Part shown: positions 54,199 through 64,000 of the stretch, piece after piece
Layout of the letters: every line of letters starts with the position of its first letter
How positions within the stretch are numbered: the first letter of the stretch is position 1
Origin: Rhizophagus irregularis
Taxonomy: Eukaryota
Length of the DNA stretch: 64,000 nt
Reading direction: 5' to 3'
NCBI RefSeq assembly: GCF_026210795.1
Contig: NC_089436.1
Coordinates: 1,922,001-1,986,000 of the forward strand
Translations under genes and position numbers: made by a program
Notes under the pieces: generated by a model
Told to the model about the DNA's origin: nothing
Seen by the model: only the letters and a program-made list of their open reading frames with translations
Database searches by the model: none

Positions 54199-55994
54199 GT
54201 ACTGTATTATTATTTTATAACGTATAAACTCGAAATGTCCTTTATCGAGAAATATAGCGTGCGGAATTATAAGAATTGATATTATAGTATAATTATTCCT
54301 TTATCTTGTTGCCGTTAATTCAGTAATATATGCTTATTTGTTCGTTTGTTGACAATCTCTTGAATTGAAAAAAGATTTTTCAACAATAGTATTAAATCTT
54401 CCCCACTTTTGTGTAATTCTTTAAGAATAAAATGGTAATTATCGGCAATCACGTCAAAGTTTAGATGATGGTGAAACCTTGGAGAAATCGAAAAAATGAA
54501 CCAAAGATGAAATGATTTGATTCGTTTAGTTTAAAGGTGAAATGAATGAAATGAATGAAATAGAATGATTTAAATTTAACTCACCTTTTCGAAAATGAGT
54601 ATACTTAATTTGCTAATAATTTAAATAATACCGTATATGGAGAATTGGAGATGAATATATATAATTGTTAATAATAGATAATATAGATTAATATAGATAA
54701 TGGATAATGAATTTTATATTTGTATATTCTAAATATTAGAATTTTGGAATAGAAATAAATCAGTCATTTCCATAAATATAAAATGCAAAAAAATTTTCAA
54801 ACTAAACAAAAATAATATACTTTAATATTTCGGATGCTTTTTTATTTAATCTATAATTTATTTATTAATAGAATTAAATATTAAAAAATTTTTAAACTAA
54901 AAATCTTTATTAAATAATAATAATAATAGAATTTATTGAATATTTTTTAGTAAAATAAATATATTAAACTTATTAAAAGACTAATAGTTTAAAATTATAA
55001 AATATATTTTAAGAATTTATTTGAATTTTAAATTATAAACCTATATATATATAATTTGTAAATTTATATTAATTTATAAATTTGGCAAGTAATAACAAAA
55101 ATTTAATTTCTATTTCTATTGAAAAAAAGTAATTAAAATAATATAAATAATATAGAAAAATTATAGTAGTTAATTTTATAATTATTATAATAAAAATATT
55201 ATAATTATATTTTATATAAATTTATATTAATTAATTTTTAATAAATAATAATAAAAAATATAATAACTGAAAAACTTTGTAAATTGGATATAATATAATA
55301 ATACATAAATATTACCTGAGATGTAATATAAATTGGTTGTTCTAGTGATGTATCTACTACTTAAAAGTTATATGATGAAATTTAATAACAAATTAAAATT
55401 TTACTTATTAATATTAACTATATATATATAAAAATTATTAATATAATAAATTTATAAAAAAAAATAAAGGATTTCATTTATATAATATAAGTAAATTTAT
55501 TATACTTTAACATTTATTAATAAAAAGAAAATAAAAAATAAAATAATCAGTTAAAAAAATAATAAAATACCAATATAATAATTATTATTCTAACAAATAT
55601 ATACATATATACATTTATATTAATTCAAATAAAATAAAATTTTTTTTTAAATGATAACAAAACAGCTAGAATTCTAATTTCAAAAAATTTATAGTGAATA
55701 TGTACAAGTATACAACAAATAAATTATAAAAGGTAGTTTCTAATATAAATAATTAAAAAAAAGTGTAAATAATTTAATGAAAATTAGGGGCTTTATAAAT
55801 TAAGTATATATATTTTAATTAAAATAAGATAATAAAATCATAAAATTTACATCACTCAGCTAAGTGAATTGTAATTTTTGATTTCTGTTTAATGAAAATA
55901 TACTTCTAATAATAATTCTAAATTCTAATTAATAATTCTATCTTAACAAAATAAAAGAACAAAAAAAAAACAAATTATAACCACAATACGCATC

Positions 55995-56822
55995 TTATTC
56001 TTTCATCCATTCAGTTTGCATAGTAGTCAAAGAAGGATTCCAAATAAAATTGAAATCATTATTAGAATTATCGTGTTTAGATGATCTATTACGTTCTCTT
56101 TGTCTACGGCGTTTTGCATATGATGAAGAACTTGACGAAGAACTTGATGAAGAAGGAATTGATCTTTCTGTAATCATCTGAGAAGGTTCAGTATAAGCTG
56201 CCGCTGCTATAAGAGTTGACATTGAATGATTAGAAAATGGAGATGTTATAGATATGATTTGACTGTGTTGATCAGCTTGCGTCAATATATCTGGCTTAAT
56301 ATTTTCTTGATCTTCGGAAGAGTCTCCTGTCATATCTGTTGCAATAGACTCATCCTCTAAAACATCTTCCGTTTCAAACCTAAAATAAAAAAAAAATTAA
56401 CTATTTGTTTTCAAAAAAAAAGCTAAAAGAGTATTATAAAAATAACTACACAGGAGCAAGTTCCGGAATTGGTGCAGTATACCAATCGTAAGTTGCCAAT
56501 TGACCATTATTTATGACGTGTGCCACTAATTGTTTAATAAATTCTTTTGCGTCTTCATGTCTATCTGGTGGATAAGAATTTAACACTCGATACCAATATT
56601 CTCTAAAAAACAAATTAAAATAATTATGAATTCGATTAAAATAAATGAAGCTTGAAATAACTTAATTAACCTTTACATGTCTACTTACTTGAAACCCGGT
56701 GGATATCTATTTTATTTATTCAAGAAGAAATAAAGACTGTTATAACTTTTTATACATGTTAAGCATAAGAAACAAAAAAGAAAAAAAGCTTACATCACAT
56801 ACTGTTGATGCTGTTGTTCCAT
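55995..56822 (-). CDS. Small 4-exon protein: N-terminal Thp3/LENG8-like helical motif followed by a disordered, basic tail
   Basis: Spliced reading MEQQHQQYVIYPPGFKEYWYRVLNSYPPDRHEDAKEFIKQLVAHVINNGQLATYDWYTAPIPELAPVFETEDVLEDESIATDMTG..., joining the 55995-56333 ORF. NLS-like KRRRQRER. Confidence 0.7.
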
Positions 56823-58577
56823 ATTAAATAAAAAAAAGAAGGAAAAAAAGATGGTCGAAGTAGATTTATTGAACTTTTTATAAAAAATATTAAACAGCTG
56901 TTACAATAACAATCAAAATTTCAAAAATTAAAGAAATTAAAGTCTAGATTTAATGATAAACGTAAGCAGAATAACAAGACAAAGACAGAAAAAAAGTGAT
57001 TAATTTTCTTCTAAGAGAGCAGTAAATCCCGGTAATATATAATGTAATTTTGTTTCACAAATTCCTTTCACCAACCGATTTATTGTAATTACATTTGCCT
57101 TTTTTGGAGATTTACTTTGTCACACTTGACAAAAACAGCTTATAAGGGAGTATTTATATTTACAAAAATCGCAACTAAACTCTTATTGGAAGACTAGAAG
57201 GAAAGAACAAGGTGGTAAAAAATACAATGGAACATGCGAATAGTACCAATCAAGATTCTCAGTAAAGATCTTCAGTATTTAAAACATAAAATTTTGTTAA
57301 TAATTACACCTGATACTATTGCAACTATTAATGTTCAATAATAATGAGTCGGCGAGAAGGACTTCTAGATAATAGATATGGAATTTTTAAAGTTATTTCA
57401 CTGATTCAATTACGAGATGATAATAAAATGCAAAGCCACAGTGAAGTTTTTGCCCAAGAAGTATCATTTAAAGGTCTACATTGGGCTGGGACTGGATTGA
57501 ATATTTGGCAAAAACTTATAGGCTCAGACCCGGGTTTTAATACTGCGCAAGATGCTGACTTTCACAGGCCTCTACTACTAATTCGCTTTTTTAATTGCTT
57601 GTTATTAATGCCATAGGTATCATTTGCAATTAAACATATCCTTTATTTAATATAAAAAGAAACATTATTAACATTCACATTTCACAGATTCGAGAAAATT
57701 TTATTGAATAAACGATTTGCTATATGTAAATTTAATTAATAAATTTTTTATTTACCGTATTGATGCTTAGCATCTTTATAAACTATTGTTATCAACACGT
57801 TCCATCCTACAAAAGAATATTGTTCAATATTTTATATTCAAACTTAAAAAACGACACGATAAAGTAATTGAATTCGTTGGTTCTCACAACTCTGAGTTTA
57901 ACCCAAAGAATCTTGATATTAATGTTGTTCATATTCTTCGATTTGAGAACGTACTCTATCACGAGATGTAAACACTTAGAATAAATCTATAAATAACTAT
58001 TAGGACGTTCACCATCACAAATACCTAAACTAAGTTGAATATAAAAAACTTTGAAGTATCTAATTGTTAAAATGAACGTAAGTCCTTTATACATTTATGA
58101 TACTATACTACCTTCACTAACTGACATTCTGTCTGAAGACACAGAATACTTTCCAAGAGATATTGGACTTCTATCCAGCTCAATTACTGTCAACATCTTC
58201 CTTTTCTCACTGAAATGAAAGTTTACATTCTTTTTTATATTTTCTGAAAAAAAATTTGTAGTAGTTTACTTAGTTACAAAGAGAAATATGCTAATTTTAA
58301 TAGTTGTTTAAAACGTTTTTTCAAATCAGGTTAATAAAATGTTCGTTATAGATTATATCAATAATGACATTCTAATCTGAATAAAGAATGGCGTAATTTA
58401 TTTAAAGCCAATAAAAAAAACGTTTTTTATGCAAATGCGCTCTGCGCATTAGCAATGAAAAAAATTTTTAATTGCACTATTCTAACTTCAATACATAAGA
58501 AGAAAAAAAAGCTCTGTGAGAAATTATAATTAAAGAAGTTGAAAAAAATTTTTTCTGTCGAAATTAAAAGGAATTTT

Positions 58578-61500
58578 CTAATGTAAATAGATTGAATTAG
58601 TCCCGTTTGATGGAAGAAAACTCCTACTCGCGTAGGCGTTACTTAAACCAAGACCTCTTTCCATTCTAGTTAAAGATACCGACATTGTATTTCTTTCTCG
58701 ATATTTGTCATAATCGTTCTCATCATCATAACTATCATCATCATCATCACTTTCTTCGTAAATATCATTAACATACATGTATTCTGATGTATTTTTTGTT
58801 GGTTCAAAATCTCTCCAATTATCAGCGGGATTTAATTTTCGTTTAGCAAACAATCTTTTTGACCATGATGACCACGATGCGAGTGATGGTGCACGATCAT
58901 AATCAGTAGTTACGACATCTACATTTTCGGATTCTTCCATTGGGAATGGTAAAGGAACTTCTTTTATAGCGCGGAATTGAACGCAATTATTAACATGCTG
59001 TTAAAAATATATATATATATAATTTTTAGTTATTGAATTAATAATATTTTACAGTATTTTCATAACTTACTTCATTTTCGACACGGAAAATACACCATTG
59101 GAATCGGCTTGAAAATAAACGATGTTTGTTAAGATCAATTATTAAGTTACAAAAACGCGTGAATATAAGGATACTTACCGAAGCATTTCACCAGAGGCAA
59201 TTAAAAACACAATTATCTTCGATATATCATGATTCATTTCAATAAATAATAATAAAATCCAGCTCATTCTTAAAATGAAATTTGAGATAATGGCAAAGTA
59301 ATACACCCAATGACTCTCGAATCCTAATTCATCTCTTAATAAATAATTCTCGCTATGTAGTTCGCATAAGGACCAATCCATTTTTACATCCCAGCTAAAA
59401 GCGTAAGTGGATGCAATAAATTGCACGATCGCCCATGAAGCTTTAGTAGCGGGTGATTGTACTTTAATTACACAATTACAAAAATTAGGTTATAAATAAT
59501 CGTCGGAAAGTTAAAAACAAACTTAAGAAAAAATATCTTAACAAATACCATTGCGATATATATACAACATCCAAATAGCTAAGATGGTTGTTCCATATTT
59601 ACCAATGTTTATAAAATGATTTACTTGAAGCGTGTCAAAGCAACGCTTAGAAGTTTGAAGTAAACGGAACGTCGCAGGGAGTGAAGCAAGGAGAGGAGTC
59701 AATACATCGAAACAACCAGTTTCTGTGTACATATATATGTAAGAATAAGAACCAAAAAGAGCGAATCATTTCAAGGTAAAATGCTTACCGTTTATACATC
59801 CAAAAAGTCGTAACGTGGACAATGAATATGTTAAACTAACTAATATATCAGCTAAAAAGAAATCTCTGAATTCTACACGTAAAATTCCACTTCCAAGTAA
59901 ACGTGTCTAATTAATCATAATAAAATATTTAGTTTAACTAAAAAAAGGAAATAATATAAAATTTTAATTCATACCACACTAAAGAGGAACCATTTTCTAG
60001 CATTATAATAAAGAATACGGAAAGGATTAAAAAGGATGGCAACAATAGAAATGACCAAGATTATAGGAGATATAAGCTGATCAGAAGGTTTATATTGAAA
60101 ATTAAATAACATGACATAACACATAACCAAAAAAATAATAGATGGAATCTATATGGAGTACGGGAGATAGAGAAAATATTAATTTATATTATGAGATGTG
60201 TATTAAATTTTCTGTAAATTCAAACCTCAAGATATTGTCTAAAATCCAAATTAGATCTCGTGTCAAATTCGAAAATAAATTTGTAATTTATATGTGACAT
60301 TGTCCATATATACATATTAACACCAAGTAAAAGTAAAAAAACTATTGCTAAAAAAAATCCGGAGTAAAGTTCTATTAATTTCGGCCAAATGGTATTTTTC
60401 TCTTCATTCTCCAATATTTCCCTCATCTCCACAAGCGCACGGACTAGAGCAGATAATGACAGACCTAAATATAGTCCGATACGCAAAATGGAATAATAAT
60501 ATGTCTATAATTTTCAAATCATTAATAATCATTCATAATTCCAAATTGACAAACGATAATTTGGAAACGACTTTTACTTTATTTTCTTTATTTGGCATCC
60601 GCAATTTTTGTAGTGCTTGAGAACGAGAGCCACCTTCAAAGTTTTCTACATAAAAATCTTCAGTATCTTTAAGAAGTTTTTTTATAACGTCAGATTTAAC
60701 AAAATAAGCATTCGTCACTTTTTGCATGTATATTTGGCTTCCATTTCGCTCTGATATCTATATACGCATAAGATTTTATGAGCTACAATAAATTTATTTA
60801 AAGCAATAAAAAAGTTTTTTTTACCTTGTCGTATTTTTTTAATATTTTAGAAAAACCATTGTAATTTAAAACCCTATACTTTTTCAATAAATCGGCCCCT
60901 CTGTAGAATTCAAATACAGCCTTTTTTATATTCTTTTTGGCAATTTTATAATGTACCCGCCGTTCATCGGCATCTAAGCTGATTGTAGTTACGGAACCTG
61001 GTATGTTTGATGATGTAAAAAAATCGATGCTTTGTTTAACAAAAGCTTTGGGCGTATTCCAGACTTCAAACTAATTAATATTAAAAAAATTAAAAAAAAG
61101 TAAAAATATATGATATAAATAAGATACGAATTATCCGCAGCAAATGCTTAATATTGTGCCAAATCCTTACGGAATGTTTTCTTTCATCGCCCTTTTCTTT
61201 TAACTTTTCATACTGTTGTACTAACAAGTTCATACGATTAGTTGCTTTGATTTCTTGAACTAAAAAAGAATAAACAGAAAATAATCAACAAATGTAGGTG
61301 AAACATATTTTAGATTAATAATTTAACTATGTTACGTTTATAAAAATGTTCGATCTTTTCCAATTCTCCATCTAGAGCTGTAAAAAACAAACGTTCTTTG
61401 GGGTCAACCTGGTCCATTAACGTTTCCAGTGACGTTATTTTAGATGGTCGTGGTTCTGTGAAAAAACAATTACATGATTATAAAGTATCTCTAATGCATA

Positions 61501-61958
61501 ATAATTTGAATAATACATACATACTATTATTACTAGATAAGCTTTGGTGCCTTTGTAGTGTAACTAAAGCAGAAGAAACTTTATGAAAGAAGTCTTGTAC
61601 ACTATCAGCTACACTATTCATACTGAATGTTCTCTGAGATTGAACGGAGATTCCCTTATCATTAAATGAGGATGGAATTTCTTCCAGATGTGGGCTCTGA
61701 GGTCGACTATCACGGCTGTATATGCTTGGATCATTATTTTGCATAAATTCTTTGTCTCTTGCTAATTTTTCCCGTTGTACATTTCGGAGCTTCTTTTTCA
61801 ATCCTTTATAATCGATATATCTAGAAGAGGTAAGCGATGAGTAAGCATAGTTCATTGCGATCAATATTATTAAAAGAACTAAAATAAATGAATAAGAAAA
61901 TTTACTTTATCCTCCACTCTGGAACAACTTCGGTTTGGATACGTTTTTCAAATCTCAT
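58578..61958 (-). CDS. SYG1: SPX-EXS protein (SYG1/XPR1/PHO1 family, putative phosphate exporter), multi-exon
   Basis: MRFEKRIQTEVVPEW...YIDYKGLKKKL, NYNGFSKILKKYDK, INYKFIFEFD, VEFRDFFLAD, WDVKMDWSL and RFQWCIFRVENEHVNNC. Confidence 0.93.
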
Positions 61959-63000
61959 CTTTCTAAAGCATGAAATAAAACAAAAAGCAAATATAACAAA
62001 GAAAAAGAAACCTTTTTTTTAAAAAAAGATGCAATTTATAAAAAAACTAAAATAGATAGTTGTTTATATTTTCTGATATGAATACCCTTTAAATCAAACT
62101 ACGGAGTTCAAAATGGCAAGATTTTTTATTGTACTTGTTGTACAAATTAATAGATTAAGAATAAAATGAATATTGATCCCGTATTTCGGTAGTCTTTATT
62201 TGTAATTTCCCCATCTGGAAATGTTTTATTAAACACGAGATTAACTTTATTTGAAACAATGACAATTTATTTATAATTATGCATAGTTGAAGTAAGTTAT
62301 TTTTTACAAATTGAATAACATAGCTTATTTTTATTTATTCGTTTACTTTATTCAGTGATGTATAAAAAAATGTTATACAATATATGAGTTGGGGACTCGA
62401 GAAAATATTAAATTTTTACGATTTGAATGAATATCCACCCAGAATGGATCTTCAGATTTTCAATAAAATGAATTCACATGATTATATAGTATGGATTCGA
62501 TCGAATTTTGTATCTACTCAAATCGCTCTTGGCTTTCATCTTAATGCAAAAAATAACTTCTTTTCTCGCTTTAATGATTATAAATAATTTATCACATTAC
62601 CATTTTTTTGGTTAAATTCTTATTACAACAATTTTAACAATTTAAAGTACTTTTTTAAAAAAATTTTCAAAACTTCTTCATGTGCAGATAATGATCTTCA
62701 ACCAATCCTTATAAAAAGAGCTAAATGGGGATAAATTAGATCAGATGATCGAATATCACTGAAAATCATATATAAAGTAACTACGCGAGTGTCTCATTAG
62801 TCACATTAGTCACGAGTTTTACTTAGTGAATTAAATTTAAGTTGCTCACGTGATTGAGAAAAATTTCGGTATTTATTTCCGGTATATTTATGATTATAAA
62901 TCTAAATTATGTAAATTATATCTATTTAATATCACGTATCTATAGCCATACAAACAGTGTATGAGTTTAACAAATATCTATTTATTAATTTTATAATAAT

Positions 63001-64000
63001 CTATTTTTCGATTAGATTCATCTTTTCCTGTCTTATATTTTCTCTCCCGCACCTTTCTCTGCTCTCATCTGTTAATTTCCAAGCTGGATCATAATAACCA
63101 TCTGATCGTTTAAGATCAGGATTTCGATAAGTGTTATTTTTACTACCAAGAGATGTGTAACTTTAAATTGATAAAAAAAAGATAAATAACGTTAGAGCCG
63201 AGAAAAGATATTCAATAAAGAAAAAGGATAATTTACCCCAAATCGTATAATACACAATATGGTACATTTAACGATCTTAAGAATTCCCATATTTGTGTGT
63301 AGTGCATATCTAGAATTGGGTGAACTCTCATAATTGATGGCCATCCATCGTCGGTTGGAGTAAATTCTTTCAGTTTACCTTAAAAAAAAATTATTTTAAT
63401 ATGTTATTCTTTTTTATTCTAAAAAAAAATCAATTTTTTTTGGTAAAACAATCACCTCCATGAGGATCATTTCTCCTTGTACCAACTAAGATAGCTTTAA
63501 TATTTGGTTTTTGTTTTAAATATTTTATCAACGCAGGTTTCATTGAGCCTTCTATTTTAACAATATTTAAACAATATCGTTTTTCACATTCTTTTACGAA
63601 TTCATCAACTTCAGAGAAAGGATTTGGATGTGTAACGTATAAAGCTTGGATATTAGGTATTTCGTCAGAATTTTGGTAAAATTTATAATAAACGGCTGCA
63701 AATAAATGTAATAATACAACACAGTCTTTTCCACCATTGAAAGAAAGACTCACCCCGTCAAGTCTTTATCGTACAAATAAAATATGATGTTATCAAACAT
63801 ATATCTATTGAAAAGTGAAAAAATTGAAAATAAAGAATTTATCTGATTAAGAATTCTATTTTAAAATCATACCCATATCGCTCCAAAGATTCTTCAATAA
63901 CTTTTAGTGCGAAAGTTGTCTTTTTCGAAATTGGTTGTTCTGAATTCGCCAATTCGTATACTTCTTTGTGGATTTTAGAAAAATAAACTCTGGCCTCGTC
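63001..64000 (-). CDS. FAD1: FAD synthetase (FMN adenylyltransferase, PAPS-reductase fold); 5' end outside the window
   Basis: [53 protein letters not shown] and ERCGR. Confidence 0.93.

Noticed and set aside
54600..55990. Extremely AT-rich stretch as a centromere or origin
   Set aside because: No diagnostic structure is visible; it may be fully decayed repeat or UTR sequence.
57344..58250. Short ORFs between the Thp3-like gene and SYG1
   Set aside because: No recognisable motif or consistent exon structure; probably decayed fragments.
62846..62853. CACGTG as a Pho4 site upstream of the SPX-EXS gene
   Set aside because: It is a single hexamer about 890 bp away, near the FAD1 3' end, and the same motif occurs at unrelated places (e.g. 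52564, 24104), so it is not supportable alone.

Overview
Very AT-rich eukaryotic DNA with many short GT-AG introns. The gene content and repeat style suggest an arbuscular mycorrhizal fungus (Glomeromycotina, Rhizophagus-like); this is inference, not a database result. Host genes: two tandem JEN1-type MFS carboxylate transporters (13.9-18.1 kb), a small Cys-rich secreted protein (22 kb), and a right-hand block of a CTR copper transporter, BUD32 kinase, a small protein with a Thp3/LENG8-like module, an SPX-EXS (SYG1/XPR1) transporter and a partial FAD synthetase. Most of 1-13 kb and 18-51 kb is transposon-derived. A dead FAR1/MULE element (about 25.6-48.1 kb) contains a non-autonomous hAT that itself holds a deleted LINE and a MITE, a 6-kb two-gene hAT, and two TA-flanked MITE copies, one of them split by a 7.85-kb full-length RNase H-bearing LINE. 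Many junctions are fixed by visible TIRs and target-site duplications (TSDs). The best leads are the two-gene hAT with mirrored palindromic arrays, paired pore-residue substitutions in one JEN1 paralog, the candidate effector and the stand-alone Thp3/LENG8-like protein.
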